From positions 1 to 58,071 of the forward strand of contig JBHLLG010000016.1 of the NCBI GenBank assembly GCA_048885925.1: DNA of 58,071 bases, read 5' to 3'. Source of the stretch: Candidatus Hermodarchaeota archaeon. GTDB taxonomy: Archaea; Asgardarchaeota; Lokiarchaeia; Sigyniarchaeales; SOKP01. Under the pieces are notes generated by a model, which saw only the letters and a program-made list of their open reading frames with translations, did no database searches and was not told the DNA's origin. Within the stretch, counting starts at the first letter, position 1. Each line of letters starts with the position of its first letter. Positions 28,795 to 40,095 of the stretch are shown here, in pieces. The position numbers were made by a program, and so were the translations under genes.

Positions 28795-29625
28795 ATGAGT
28801 AGAGAAATGCCAGTAATAAAAAGAAATATTGCAATAATAGCAATAGTTGCAGGTTTAGCAGTTGGAATACTTGGTGGATGGTTTATCCCTTCCCCTATTG
28901 TAGAGTCACGAACACCATTATTAAACAAAATCTTAGCACGAGATGATGGTAATGGTCTGCTTATTGTTGGAACTAGTGCAGATTACCCTCCATTCGAAAA
29001 TAAAACTTACCCTGGAGGTGTGATCATAGGATTTGATATCGATGTAGCACAAATGATTGCGGATGAATTAGGTGTTGGTCTTGAAATGGTTGATATCCCT
29101 TTTGATTCACTAATTGCTGCTTGTAGAGCAGGAACTATCGATATGATCGCCGCTGCCATGACATATACAGAAGATCGAGCAAAAAGTATTGCACCCTCTG
29201 TAACTTATATCACAGTAAGTCAAGTCGTAATCGCTAAAAATGGTTCAGGTTATACAATTACTGCTATTGAAAATGTTACTGATTATGTAGTAGGGGTTCA
29301 AACTGGAACTGTAATGTATGAAGAATTAGGACCTGATGGTTTAGGAATGACTCCTGCGGTAGATCTTATAGTATATGACAATGCGAACGATCTAATGGTA
29401 GCTTTAGATGCTGGAGGTATAGATATGGCCTATGTGGATGAACCTGTATATACTTCTTGGGCAAATATATATGATCTTGAACTTTTATTCAGTACTGGAT
29501 CAGAGCCCTTAGCATTATGGACAAGACATGGAGAACCAGAGTTTTTATATGAGATCAATAAAGTAATATTTGATAGCTATCAAGATGGATCGATCTATGA
29601 TTTAATGGACGATTGGTTCGGTTAA
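28795..29625 (+). CDS. Polar amino-acid ABC transporter substrate-binding protein
   Basis: N-terminal anchor helix, VGTSADYPPFE, GFDID and GVQTGT. Confidence 0.92.
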   Translation: MSREMPVIKRNIAIIAIVAGLAVGILGGWFIPSPIVESRTPLLNKILARDDGNGLLIVGTSADYPPFENKTYPGGVIIGFDIDVAQMIADELGVGLEMVDIPFDSLIAACRAGTIDMIAAAMTYTEDRAKSIAPSVTYITVSQVVIAKNGSGYTITAIENVTDYVVGVQTGTVMYEELGPDGLGMTPAVDLIVYDNANDLMVALDAGGIDMAYVDEPVYTSWANIYDLELLFSTGSEPLALWTRHGEPEFLYEINKVIFDSYQDGSIYDLMDDWFG

Positions 29626-29634
29626 TTTTACAGG

Positions 29635-30321
29635 ATGAGCAATATGCCAACCATAACTGATATAATTATATATATTCTTGAGAAGGGATTATTACAAACA
29701 TTAATTCTCACAGTTTTAGGTTTATTAATTGGTTTTGGGTTAGGGATCTTATTAGCACTTATGCGTGTTTACGGTGGTATAGAGCTCGGTTGGGTAGCAA
29801 GTGGATATGAAAAAATATTCCGAGGAATCCCTATCTTAGTTCTAATTTATATATTTGCTTATGGAATGCCAGATTTATTTTGGTTCGTAGAACCCCTTCA
29901 AAGGCCTCTTGCTAGTATAATTGTGGCTCTTGGACTGCGAAGTGGTGCTTATCAATCCCAAATTTTTCGTGGAGCTATACTGTCTGTGAACCCAGGGCAA
30001 ATAGAAGCTGCTCGTGCTTTGGGAATGAGTGGAATTAAATCCTTTCGGCATATTGTCTTACCACAAGCTTTACGTTTAGCGATACCGAGTTGGTCCAATG
30101 AATATGCAGTTGTTATTAAAGATTCCTCATTTGCTTATGCTGTAGGAATAGTGGAAATGACGAAAGCTGCCTATGATTTCTCTTATGCTTTTAAAGGATT
30201 TTGGACATTATCGATTGGAATCCTAGCGATTATTTATTTTTTATTAACTTTCCCAATTACGAAGTTATTTGGTGAACGACAAACCAAGAAACTTAAGAAG
30301 TTGGGAATGGGAGGAGGTTAG
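29635..30321 (+). CDS. Polar amino-acid ABC transporter permease
   Basis: FRGIP, GQIEAARALGM, VLPQA and IKDSS. Confidence 0.93.
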   Translation: MSNMPTITDIIIYILEKGLLQTLILTVLGLLIGFGLGILLALMRVYGGIELGWVASGYEKIFRGIPILVLIYIFAYGMPDLFWFVEPLQRPLASIIVALGLRSGAYQSQIFRGAILSVNPGQIEAARALGMSGIKSFRHIVLPQALRLAIPSWSNEYAVVIKDSSFAYAVGIVEMTKAAYDFSYAFKGFWTLSIGILAIIYFLLTFPITKLFGERQTKKLKKLGMGGG

Positions 30322-30323
30322 AT

Positions 30324-31100
30324 ATGGAAATTAAATATGAACCTGTACTACGAGTTGTTGATGTATGGAAAGCATATGAGGATTTAGAAGTTCTTAAGGG
30401 TGTCTCATTTGATTTAGCTGAGAAAGAAGTCAAAGTGATATTTGGACCAAGTGGTTCTGGTAAAAGTACACTGCTTCGTTGTATTAATATGTTAAATCCT
30501 CCAGACAAGGGAGAAATCTTTCTTCGTGGAGAAAATATTACAGCATCTGGTGTTAACCTGAATACAACCCGCACTAGAATTGGAATGGTATTTCAACATT
30601 TTAATCTATTTGCTCACCTTAAAGCAATTGATAACGTAAGTATTGGACTTCGTAGAGTGAAAGGTCTATCAAAAGAAGAGGCTCGCATAAAAGCACTCGA
30701 AGCATTAGATCGCGTTAGAATGGCAGAATGGGCAGAACATTATCCCGCACAGTTATCTGGTGGTCAACAACAACGAGTGGGAATTGCACGTGCTTTAGCT
30801 ATGGAACCCGATGTAGTATTGTTTGATGAACCTACTTCCGCATTAGATCCTGAGTTAATTGGAGAAGTACTTCAGGTGATGTTAGATATTGCTAAATCAG
30901 GTACTACAATGGTAGTAGTAACTCATGAACTGGGATTTGCAAAAGCCGTGGCATCAGAAATGATATTTCTCAGCGAAGGTGTTGTTATAGAACGTGGAAC
31001 ACCTCAACATTTCTTCGTATCACCTGAATCCGAGCGTGTGAAGAAATTCCTTAAGCAACTTGAAGTTTTATATGGAACACATGAAGAACTTTTAAAATGA
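30324..31100 (+). CDS. Polar amino-acid ABC transporter ATPase (GlnQ-like)
   Basis: GPSGSGKS, GMVFQHFNLF, LSGGQQQR and FDEPTSALDPE. Confidence 0.95.
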   Translation: MEIKYEPVLRVVDVWKAYEDLEVLKGVSFDLAEKEVKVIFGPSGSGKSTLLRCINMLNPPDKGEIFLRGENITASGVNLNTTRTRIGMVFQHFNLFAHLKAIDNVSIGLRRVKGLSKEEARIKALEALDRVRMAEWAEHYPAQLSGGQQQRVGIARALAMEPDVVLFDEPTSALDPELIGEVLQVMLDIAKSGTTMVVVTHELGFAKAVASEMIFLSEGVVIERGTPQHFFVSPESERVKKFLKQLEVLYGTHEELLK

Positions 31101-31120
31101 GCAGAGGAGGAGGAAAATAG

Positions 31121-31861
31121 ATGATTTTTCAAGGACAGACCAACCCGATAGAGGAAGTATTTACTGTTTTGGGATATTGGGATCGAATATTCTCAGGTTT
31201 TCTAGCAACAATGTGGTTGTATGGATGGGCACTTATGATAGGTTTTTTTCTAGGGCTTTTTTTAGCTCTGTTTCGTCAATATGGAGGTCGAATTCTTTCT
31301 CGATTTGCTGCAGGTTATATTGAATTTATTCGTGGTACACCCTTAATTGCACAGTTATTTTTTATTTTTTATGGCTTAAATATTCCTATAGGACAGTGGT
31401 CTATATTAACTCAATTCAGAATTATTGATAAAGATATAACTTTCATTTTCTTGAGCCATAGAGTTCTGTTTGGTATTATTGCATTAAGCCTGAATAGTGC
31501 TGCCTATCAAGCTGAATATCTCCGAGGTTCTATGATATCCGTTGGAACAGGACAGTTATTAGCAGCTCAATCATTGGGTATGTCACGTATAGCAGGTATC
31601 CGCCATATAGTGTTGCCACAAGCTCTACGTCGTGTCATTCCTGCTTGGTCTAACGAAGCAGCATACCTTCCAAAATATACTGTTGTTGTTTCTTTAGTGG
31701 GTGCGGGGGAACTTTTTTTCCAAGCAAAATCTATTGTGTCGGTTACTGCTATATCGCTAACTACCTACATCATTATTGCTATTATCTTTTTAATTACAAT
31801 TGCCATTATTTCCAAAGGATTAGATATCCTTCACAAACGAACGGGAATTCCTGGTTTATAA
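31121..31861 (+). CDS. Polar amino-acid ABC transporter permease 2
   Basis: IRGTP, GQLLAAQSLGM and VLPQALR. Confidence 0.92.
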   Translation: MIFQGQTNPIEEVFTVLGYWDRIFSGFLATMWLYGWALMIGFFLGLFLALFRQYGGRILSRFAAGYIEFIRGTPLIAQLFFIFYGLNIPIGQWSILTQFRIIDKDITFIFLSHRVLFGIIALSLNSAAYQAEYLRGSMISVGTGQLLAAQSLGMSRIAGIRHIVLPQALRRVIPAWSNEAAYLPKYTVVVSLVGAGELFFQAKSIVSVTAISLTTYIIIAIIFLITIAIISKGLDILHKRTGIPGL

Positions 31862-31989
31862 TTTACACACTTTCAAATATATTTAATTTTTTTTTTATTA
31901 CCATATTCAAATCAAATGGTCTACTTTTTTAACATACTATTTTATTTCTATGAAACATTATAAACATTTAATTAATTACTGTCATAAAC

Positions 31990-33057
31990 TTGAATAATTT
32001 GAGAATTATTGATCTACGTTCTGATACTGTCACCAAACCCTCTCCAGAAATGTGGGAAATGCTAAGATCGCTAGATAATTCTAAAATTGGAGATGATGTT
32101 GAAGGAGAAGATCCTACTGTAAATGAGTTGGAAGAGAAAGCAGCTAAAGTAACTGGGAAAGAATCGGCATTATTTGTAACTTCGGGAACACATGGTAATT
32201 TAGTTTCACTTCTCTCACAAACTACTCCTGGTGATGAGATTTTGTTAGAAGAATTAAGTCATATTTATAAAAACGAAGTGGGAAGTGCCGCTCGCATTGG
32301 AGGATTAATGATTAGAACTTATCCATCAACTAAGGGTGTTCCTTCATTTGATCTACTTCAGGGATTAATTCGTCATAAAGAGGATATACATGAACCACCA
32401 ACTACTCTTCTTTCTGTAGAAAATACTCATAATTATCACGGAGGAAAGATTATTAAGCCAGAAGTAATCAAGGATATGAAACTCTTTTCAGAAAAAAATG
32501 ATTTAAAATTACACCTAGACGGTGCAAGAATATTCAATGCAGCAGTAAGTTTAGGAATTCCAGTTTCAGAGTTCACTAAATATGTTGATAGTGTAATGTT
32601 TTGTCTATCTAAAGGATTATCATGCCCTGTGGGTTCAATAATAGCAGGATCTAAAGAATTTATAATAAAATCTAGGAGATATCGTAAAATGCTAGGTGGT
32701 GGTATGCGTCAAGCTGGAATAATTGCATCTTTTGGATTAATCGCCCTTGAGCCAAGCTGGATTAAAAGGCTTGAAGAGGATCATATAAATGCTAATTTGC
32801 TTGCTGAAGGCATTGAATCTTTTGATTTACCTCTAAAAGTAAATAAACCAGAGACGAATATTGTGATTGTTAAACTAATAGAAAGAGCATCCATTTTTAA
32901 AATAATAACTGAACTTGGAAAAGAGGGTATTTTATGTTTTAATATTAGTAAAGAAAAGCTAAGATTTGTAACTCATTATGGCATTAATGAGGATGATATT
33001 CAATATAGTATTAAAACAATTGAAAAAGTATTACATAAAATTTTAAAAAATAAATAG
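31990..33057 (+). CDS. ltaE: Low-specificity L-threonine aldolase
   Basis: IDLRSDTVT, ENTHN, HLDGAR, CLSKGL (PLP Lys) and GGGMRQ. Confidence 0.93.
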   Translation: MNNLRIIDLRSDTVTKPSPEMWEMLRSLDNSKIGDDVEGEDPTVNELEEKAAKVTGKESALFVTSGTHGNLVSLLSQTTPGDEILLEELSHIYKNEVGSAARIGGLMIRTYPSTKGVPSFDLLQGLIRHKEDIHEPPTTLLSVENTHNYHGGKIIKPEVIKDMKLFSEKNDLKLHLDGARIFNAAVSLGIPVSEFTKYVDSVMFCLSKGLSCPVGSIIAGSKEFIIKSRRYRKMLGGGMRQAGIIASFGLIALEPSWIKRLEEDHINANLLAEGIESFDLPLKVNKPETNIVIVKLIERASIFKIITELGKEGILCFNISKEKLRFVTHYGINEDDIQYSIKTIEKVLHKILKNK

Positions 33058-33080
33058 GAAAGAAAATGAAAGAAATTTAA

Positions 33081-33611
33081 TTATTCCTCATAGCGTTCCA
33101 AATCTTTCGCGTTATCTTCCACTAAATCATAATATTCAATGTCATTTAGATTTCCATTTAAATTCTCAGCCCAATGAATCTTAACTGGCATTCCAATATA
33201 TGTATCTTTGGCATCAACATCGGGATTTAATTCAATCATAAATGTGGTATCTGCTCCGTCTTGTTGAATTAAAACCATTGGTTTTTCTTTAACATCTCCT
33301 GTTTCAGGATCTTTTAGATAAGCTATAGCAAAAGTGGAAATCTCACCCGTTTCTCTTAAATCAACCCATTGATCAGGTTTTATTAAACATTTACCACATA
33401 CAGATTTAGGTGGAAAAAAGACTTTATTACAACTCGAGCACTTTAAACCAACTAATTTCTTATCTTTTAGTTTTTTCAAAAAAGGCTGAGCATGAGTAAT
33501 ATTAAATTTATATTTATAGTTGGATATATACCAACTACCAGGCATTGTTCTAGTTCTTACATATTCTTTCTTAATATAGTCCAAAGATTTTCTTTGAGTT
33601 CGTTTTGACAT
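33081..33611 (-). CDS. DUF35 Zn-ribbon/OB-fold protein (cassette A)
   Basis: CSSC...PP...CGKC, DGADT and GMPV. Confidence 0.88.
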   Translation of the reverse strand: MSKRTQRKSLDYIKKEYVRTRTMPGSWYISNYKYKFNITHAQPFLKKLKDKKLVGLKCSSCNKVFFPPKSVCGKCLIKPDQWVDLRETGEISTFAIAYLKDPETGDVKEKPMVLIQQDGADTTFMIELNPDVDAKDTYIGMPVKIHWAENLNGNLNDIEYYDLVEDNAKDLERYEE

Positions 33612-33617
33612 TTTAGA

Positions 33618-34865
33618 TCACCTCCATTTTCTCTTTGGTTCGTCTGACATCACCATCATTGTACATAAGTTAAGTATCCCTCCCCATCCATGACCTATAG
33701 CTGTATGAACTGTTTTTGGTACTTGATTACTTGCTTTCCCCATTATTTGAAGCGCTGCTTCAGCAGGTCTCTCCAAAGCTGCTGCGCCTATAGCATTTGT
33801 AGAATTAACACCCCCAGAACAACAAATTGGTAACTCACCATTTAAAGCAGTTACGCCGTTTTCATACATCTGAGGAGCTGTCATTTCTTCAAACAATCCT
33901 AATTTTTCAACCCACATAAGCTCTTGATTAGGAAATGGTGAATAAACTTCAGCATAGTCAATTTCTTTTCGAGGAAAGGAAATTCCTGCCTGACTATAAG
34001 CTAGTTCCGATGATTTCATTGCTCCTAATTGTTCTGAAGGATCTATTTGTCCTGAACCACCTCCACCAATTCCAAGAATAGCGGTTTCATGAGCGATACT
34101 AGCTACACCATTTACATAAACAGGGATATCACACATATCTTTAGCTTTTTCTTCTGTTGTAAACAAAAGTGCACAAGCACCATCACTAGCAGGACAAACC
34201 ATTCCATATCTTAATGGGTAAGAAATATAGGGAGTATCAAGCACCTCATCAATTGTTAAATCTGGCATTTTTAAATGAGCCCACCATGTTTTTGCTGCAT
34301 TGCGTCTATTTTGCACAACTACTCTCGCCAGATCCTCTTCAGTTATTTTGGATTTATGCATATAATTAGTTGCTTGAAAAGAGGCTATACCAATAGCCCC
34401 TCCTGCAGATAAAATGCGTGATAAACGTTCATAAGAAACTCCTAGTGTATTGTAAATAGTAATTTCGCCATATGCTACACTAGCAAGACCTGTGGCTGTA
34501 TCCCCCTGGCTTTGTTGTTCAAAAGCTACAGCTAATACTGTATCAATTCCTGGCAATCCTGCAGCTACAGTATAATAACTAGCTATTCCAACGGTACCTC
34601 CTGTGGTACCCCCTGTTGTTACACGCATTAATGGTTTATTTCGTACTCCCATCCAATCAGTCATCCACAATTCAGGAATATTAGCCCCTTCGAAAGCGGG
34701 CATATTACCAGTTACATAAGCATCAATATCTTTAATATCAACGCTCGGAGAATTCTTTAAACAATCTCGAATCGCTTCACTTACTAATTCTGGCATATTT
34801 ACATCTGATCTTTTTGATGCATGCTCGCTAAATCCTGCGGAAACTATTGCTACCTGTCGACCCAT
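33618..34865 (-). CDS. Ltp3-like thiolase-fold protein (cassette A)
   Basis: FEGANIPELW, KPLMRVTTGGTTGG (no Cys), EVYSPF and SGGVNSTNAIGA. Start at MGRQV (34865). Confidence 0.85.
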   Translation of the reverse strand: MGRQVAIVSAGFSEHASKRSDVNMPELVSEAIRDCLKNSPSVDIKDIDAYVTGNMPAFEGANIPELWMTDWMGVRNKPLMRVTTGGTTGGTVGIASYYTVAAGLPGIDTVLAVAFEQQSQGDTATGLASVAYGEITIYNTLGVSYERLSRILSAGGAIGIASFQATNYMHKSKITEEDLARVVVQNRRNAAKTWWAHLKMPDLTIDEVLDTPYISYPLRYGMVCPASDGACALLFTTEEKAKDMCDIPVYVNGVASIAHETAILGIGGGGSGQIDPSEQLGAMKSSELAYSQAGISFPRKEIDYAEVYSPFPNQELMWVEKLGLFEEMTAPQMYENGVTALNGELPICCSGGVNSTNAIGAAALERPAEAALQIMGKASNQVPKTVHTAIGHGWGGILNLCTMMVMSDEPKRKWR

Positions 34866-34866
34866 T

Positions 34867-36009
34867 CTATTCATTCCCCTCCAATACATATAATATATTA
34901 TTTTGAGCACACATCCCTATTTGACCAGAAGCAACAGCCTTTTTAGCTCCTTTCCTTTGATATCCCTTTGCTTCATCTTTAAGCTGTTTGGTTGCTTCAA
35001 TTATTCTTATTATTCCCGTCGCACAGAGTGGATTTCCACCAATAGCCCCACCGGAAGGATTTAAAGCTAGATCACCATCAATATTGGAATCGAGAGTTGC
35101 ACCTTTACCTTTCTCAGTAAAACCTAATGCCTCTGTAAATATTAATTCCTCATGAGCATAATTTTCAAATAATTCGGCAACATCAATTTCTTGTTTTGGA
35201 TTCCGAATTCCAGAAGATTTGAATGCCATTTTACCAGCTAATTCCATTGATTTACAAGTTGATAAATCTCTATCACCAAGGTAATATGTATCCTGACTAT
35301 ACCCAACACCAGTAATCCATACTGGATTGTCTGTAATCTTCAAAGCCTGTTTTTCAGGCGCTAATAATAAAGCGGCAATACCATCACAAGGTTGAGCAAC
35401 CATCAATTCTGTAACTGGATCAGAATAAATCTCTGAATCTAAGACATTTTTAATTGTTATATTTGCATTTTGAGATTCTGCTAATGCAAGAGGATTTTTT
35501 GAAGCATTTTTCCTATTTTTTACAGCAACCTTAGCGATATCTTCGGGTTTAATTCCATATTTTTCCATATATGCCCTCATCTGGAAGCCTCCTGCAGTAA
35601 TATCATTAACATACGCTAGAGGTCTTTCCCAAGTTGGATCTGTCTCATATAATCTGACAGAATGGTATGGAAAACAAGAAGCCATACTTCCCCCCCAAAT
35701 GACAGCTAATTTATGGTTCCCTGATAATATCCTCATTAACCCATATAAAACAGCATGAGCTCCATCCATTTCCACTTTACTTTCATCAACCATATATCCA
35801 CCACCAACTTCGGCTGTAAGACAATTTGATATCGTTCGTCCATCATAATAATCATTAGTACAGGAAATAACTGTAGTAATATCTTTTTTCTTTAAACCAG
35901 CATTATCAAGTGCTCCTCTAACTGCTTCAAAAATCATTTCATAACGACCATAATTTGCATCTGAATATAATTTTACTTGATTATATCCTACTATCCCTAC
36001 TTTTTCCAT
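34867..36009 (-). CDS. Ltp4-like thiolase-fold protein (cassette A)
   Basis: NDYYDGRTI, ESKVEMDGA and NPSGGAIGGNP. Confidence 0.85.
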   Translation of the reverse strand: MEKVGIVGYNQVKLYSDANYGRYEMIFEAVRGALDNAGLKKKDITTVISCTNDYYDGRTISNCLTAEVGGGYMVDESKVEMDGAHAVLYGLMRILSGNHKLAVIWGGSMASCFPYHSVRLYETDPTWERPLAYVNDITAGGFQMRAYMEKYGIKPEDIAKVAVKNRKNASKNPLALAESQNANITIKNVLDSEIYSDPVTELMVAQPCDGIAALLLAPEKQALKITDNPVWITGVGYSQDTYYLGDRDLSTCKSMELAGKMAFKSSGIRNPKQEIDVAELFENYAHEELIFTEALGFTEKGKGATLDSNIDGDLALNPSGGAIGGNPLCATGIIRIIEATKQLKDEAKGYQRKGAKKAVASGQIGMCAQNNILYVLEGNE

Positions 36010-36024
36010 TCTATTTTTCACCTC

Positions 36025-36489
36025 TCACCTTTTAGAGAACCCTTTTATATCTGAAGGATCACCTTTAGGTTTTTCTTCCCATATTATCTTTAATTTCATC
36101 CCTATTTTCACATCTTCTGGGTCAATGTCTAATAGACGGTAAATTATTGTTGTGTTGCTTCCATCAATTTGAACCATTCCTATTATTTGAGGTTTTTTAA
36201 CTTTTCGACTAGATCTATCGTTAACTTTATAATATGTAATAGTATAGTTTTTTAGTATTCCTGTGTCCGCCAACTCAATCCATTCATTATCAAGAGATAA
36301 AATTTCATTGCATTTTCCGCATATTTTTCTTGGTGGAACGAATACATCTCCACATTTGGGGCATTTATTTCCAACTATTTTTTTATTCTCAAGAGCATCA
36401 TAGAATTTATTCATGTATTGCCCTACCCAAAAGGCAAACTCAGCTCTAACAGGCCCCTTGTTAGTGATAATTACTTTCTCTTTACTCAT
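36025..36489 (-). CDS. DUF35 Zn-ribbon/OB-fold protein (cassette A)
   Basis: CPKC...PPR..CGKC and IGMKL. Confidence 0.9.
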   Translation of the reverse strand: MSKEKVIITNKGPVRAEFAFWVGQYMNKFYDALENKKIVGNKCPKCGDVFVPPRKICGKCNEILSLDNEWIELADTGILKNYTITYYKVNDRSSRKVKKPQIIGMVQIDGSNTTIIYRLLDIDPEDVKIGMKLKIIWEEKPKGDPSDIKGFSKR

Positions 36490-36736
36490 TTTGATATTAT
36501 TTTTTGTTAATTTTAATATGATTATTACTATGAATTAATCATAATAATAATTTTGAAAATGTTTAATTCCCTTTATTCTCGACATATTTGGTAATTTTCC
36601 TGATTAATTAATTATATAAGAAACATTTTCAGATAGCATACTTACAAATAAAGTAAGTTATTTTTTTCTAAGAATATTTAAAAAATTCAATATTACCATT
36701 CAAAGAAATTATTTTAAAAGTTAAGAGTTGAATTAA

Positions 36737-38017
36737 ATGGTTCTTCTAAAAGGAAATGTACAATGTATAAATGATGAAATACTAGAAAAACTTTCTTTAA
36801 AAAATCGTTATAAGTTCCTGAATTACAATTTAATGTCCTTTTTACCAAAGGAACAATTAGATTTTCTTAAGAAAGCTCAAAAATATTTTATTGGGTTTGA
36901 AAAGAAATATAGTATTACACATAATGAAGATTTTTATGAATGGATTCCTGAAATTGGTAAGGAAGGTTTGGTTACTCGCTTAAATAAATTCGAATTCCTT
37001 GATTTGAATTTTGAACCGTATGGATTAACAGCAGAATTTATGAGAACACTAGCTACTGATTTTTTTGACCCTCAACTTACAATGGGAATGGGAGCTAATG
37101 TTTTAGCAATTAATCCATTATTAGGACATCACGAGGATATTGAGATTCGTTTACAAGCGTTAAAAGAATTAGTTACGGGGCAAAAAAATGGTTGTATTTG
37201 TATCACAGAACCCGAAAGAGGATCTGATGCAGTTCACATGCTCACTACCTGTGATCAACAAGAGGATGGAAGTTATATTATAAATGGCGAAAAGATTTAT
37301 CAAACAAATGGACCAAAAGCAGATTGGGCAATAATCTATGCTGTTAGTGTAAAAAATAGTGGAAATACAATGGGTCAATTTTTAGTCGATACATCTTGGA
37401 AAGGCTGGAACGTAGAGAGGATTAATATTCCTTGGACTCCAAGAATTCATATTGGTAAAGAAACTTTCACAAATTTGAAAATCCCTCCGGATTATGTCTT
37501 GGGTAAGCCAGGTCAAGGTAGAGAACATTTGTTTGAAGGTCTTAATTTAGAGAGATTAGGAATTGTTCTTCTTAACACTGCAGAAGCTTGGAATGCAATT
37601 TCTCATGCAGTTATTTATGCTAATATGAGAAAGCAATTTGATCAGGAAATTTTAAAGTATCAAGGAGTTGGATTTCCATTATCAGATTTATGGGCTGAAA
37701 CAATGAATCTTACTTTATCAGCTTTAAATGTATGTCAAATAGTGGATAAAAAAGTGGAACAATTTGGTACTCTCCCAAAAGAATTTAGTTTAGCATTAAT
37801 GGCTACAGCATCTCAACTAAAATCTATAAGTGCTAAATTGAGTGAAAGAACAGCTTACGAATGTGCTAACCTGATGGGCGGTGCAGGTGTATGTGATAAT
37901 ACATTGATGCAAGATTTATTAGGCATAACTAGAATTCAAGAAATTGGAGGAGGTACAAGGCAAATTCAACAATATATAATGAGTTTAACTCTGCGACAAT
38001 TATTTAAATTGCTTTAA
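36737..38017 (+). CDS. Acyl-CoA dehydrogenase
   Basis: ITEPERGSD, NGEKIYQTNG, RKQF, GGAG and IGGGTRQIQ. Confidence 0.9.
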   Translation: MVLLKGNVQCINDEILEKLSLKNRYKFLNYNLMSFLPKEQLDFLKKAQKYFIGFEKKYSITHNEDFYEWIPEIGKEGLVTRLNKFEFLDLNFEPYGLTAEFMRTLATDFFDPQLTMGMGANVLAINPLLGHHEDIEIRLQALKELVTGQKNGCICITEPERGSDAVHMLTTCDQQEDGSYIINGEKIYQTNGPKADWAIIYAVSVKNSGNTMGQFLVDTSWKGWNVERINIPWTPRIHIGKETFTNLKIPPDYVLGKPGQGREHLFEGLNLERLGIVLLNTAEAWNAISHAVIYANMRKQFDQEILKYQGVGFPLSDLWAETMNLTLSALNVCQIVDKKVEQFGTLPKEFSLALMATASQLKSISAKLSERTAYECANLMGGAGVCDNTLMQDLLGITRIQEIGGGTRQIQQYIMSLTLRQLFKLL

Positions 38018-38255
38018 TAAAAATTCTATTATTTATTTTATTTATATTTTTTAATTTCCTCTATTAGTTTCGATTAAATTTACTTAAAGCGAAATAAGCG
38101 TTCAATAATAAACATCATAATCATTTAATTTTATCTTTAAAAGAAATATATTACCAAAATTTTGAGGATAAAAAATGTCAATTTTTATAAACGTTTACGA
38201 AGATAGTAAATAATCAATTAAAAAAATACATAATAATCTTAAAAGTGTTAAAAAG

Positions 38256-39977
38256 ATGAGTCAACAAATGAGTAATGAAAAAATATGGTTAAAATCTTAT
38301 GATAAACATGTTCCAGCAACTTTAACGTATCCAACAGAGGATATCGGAACAATGTTAACCAATAGCATGACTAAATATTCGAATAATATCGGTTTTCATT
38401 TCATGGACCGCACTTTTCTTTTCAAAGAGATATTAGAATATTCTCAGAAACTCGCTACCTTTTTGCAGAAAAAGGGTTTAAACAAGGGAGACGTATTAGC
38501 AATTTGTCTTCCAAATTCTCCTCAATATTTGTTTTCTGTTTATGCAACATATATAGCAGGTGGCGTTGTAACAGGACTATCGCCATTGTTGAGCCCAGAA
38601 GAAATGGTGTATCAAATGAAGGATTCAGGAGCTAAATTTTTAATTACAATGGACATACTTCATGAAAAAGTTTTTTCCAAGATTTATGATCGCTTGAATG
38701 ACTTGAAAGTAATAGTTCCAACAAATATTTCAGAATTTATGGGTTTTTCAGGATTTAAAGTATTCATGGGAAAATTAATAAAAAAGATCCCTAAGGGTAA
38801 AATTATCCCTTATCCAGAAAAAACAGTGGTTCCATTTCTAGATGCATTAAATACTGAGATTGATTTAAAAAAAATTAATATTGATCCTAAAAAAGATTTA
38901 GCTTTGATACAATATACAGGTGGTACAACAGGACTTCCTAAAGGAGTAGAAATCCTTCACTCAAATTTAATGGCAAATATCCATCAATTTGATATTTGGC
39001 TTAATAGAGAGAAAGGTAAGGAAATACTTCTTTCAGCTTTTCCTTTCTTTCATGTTGCAGGGTTTCTTATTGGACTTTTTTTAGTTTATTTAGGAGGGGC
39101 ACAAATATTAATTGCAAATCCAAGAGATACTGGCCATATTATAAAAGAAATCATTGATAAGAAACCTACTAGTTTTGGAAATGTACCAACTCTGTTTTTA
39201 ATGATTCAGAATAATCCAATGTCTAAAAAAATCCCAAAAGAAATATTAGACAATATTTCGCTATATGTAAGTGGTGCTGCACCCTTTCCTCCAGAAGCAA
39301 TAAAAGAATTTGAAAAACAATTTCATTCGGAAAATAAATTTGTTGAGGTTTATGGTATGACCGAAACTGCGGTAGTGGTAACTGCAAATCCAATGTATGG
39401 TAAAAAAAAAATCGGAACTGTAGGGTTACCATGGCCAGATACAGATATTAAACTAATAGACACAGAATCTGGAGCAATAATAAAAGATATCGGACAACCA
39501 GGTGAAATCTTGATAAAAGGACCGACAGTTACCAAGCAATATCATAATAAACCTGAAGCAACAGCTGCAACATATGATAAAGATGGTTATGTTCATACTG
39601 GCGATGTTGGTGTTTTCGATGAAGATGGCTATTTGAAGATCGTGGATCGTACAAAAGATATGCTAATAGTAAGCGGTTTTAAAGTATATAGTGTTCATGT
39701 CGAGGAAGTAATGACAAAACATCCAGATATTCAATTAATTGCAATAATAGGAGTTAGTAATCCTGATAGACCAGGAGCAGAAATTGTAAAAGCCGTTATT
39801 CAGCTTAAAGAAGGAGTGGAAGAAACTGATGAAGTTAAAGATAGTATTAAAAAATATGCTGAAAAAAACCTCTCTAAATATGAGGTTCCTAAGATCTGGG
39901 AATTCCAAAAAGAACTTCCATTGACTATGGTTGGTAAAGTATTGAAAAAAGCACTCCGTGAAGAGCTAAAAAAATAA
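38256..39977 (+). CDS. Long-chain fatty-acid--CoA ligase
   Basis: YTGGTTGLPKG, YGMTE, TGDVG, DRTKDM and GKVLKK. Confidence 0.93.
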   Translation: MSQQMSNEKIWLKSYDKHVPATLTYPTEDIGTMLTNSMTKYSNNIGFHFMDRTFLFKEILEYSQKLATFLQKKGLNKGDVLAICLPNSPQYLFSVYATYIAGGVVTGLSPLLSPEEMVYQMKDSGAKFLITMDILHEKVFSKIYDRLNDLKVIVPTNISEFMGFSGFKVFMGKLIKKIPKGKIIPYPEKTVVPFLDALNTEIDLKKINIDPKKDLALIQYTGGTTGLPKGVEILHSNLMANIHQFDIWLNREKGKEILLSAFPFFHVAGFLIGLFLVYLGGAQILIANPRDTGHIIKEIIDKKPTSFGNVPTLFLMIQNNPMSKKIPKEILDNISLYVSGAAPFPPEAIKEFEKQFHSENKFVEVYGMTETAVVVTANPMYGKKKIGTVGLPWPDTDIKLIDTESGAIIKDIGQPGEILIKGPTVTKQYHNKPEATAATYDKDGYVHTGDVGVFDEDGYLKIVDRTKDMLIVSGFKVYSVHVEEVMTKHPDIQLIAIIGVSNPDRPGAEIVKAVIQLKEGVEETDEVKDSIKKYAEKNLSKYEVPKIWEFQKELPLTMVGKVLKKALREELKK

Positions 39978-40095
39978 TTAATTAATTAAGTTAGCTTTTT
40001 CTTCTATCTTTTTTTTTTAATTTAAATTAAACTTAAGTATAAATATTCAACTGTTAAAAATTATTCAATATTAAAAATATATTTTAAATCTTATT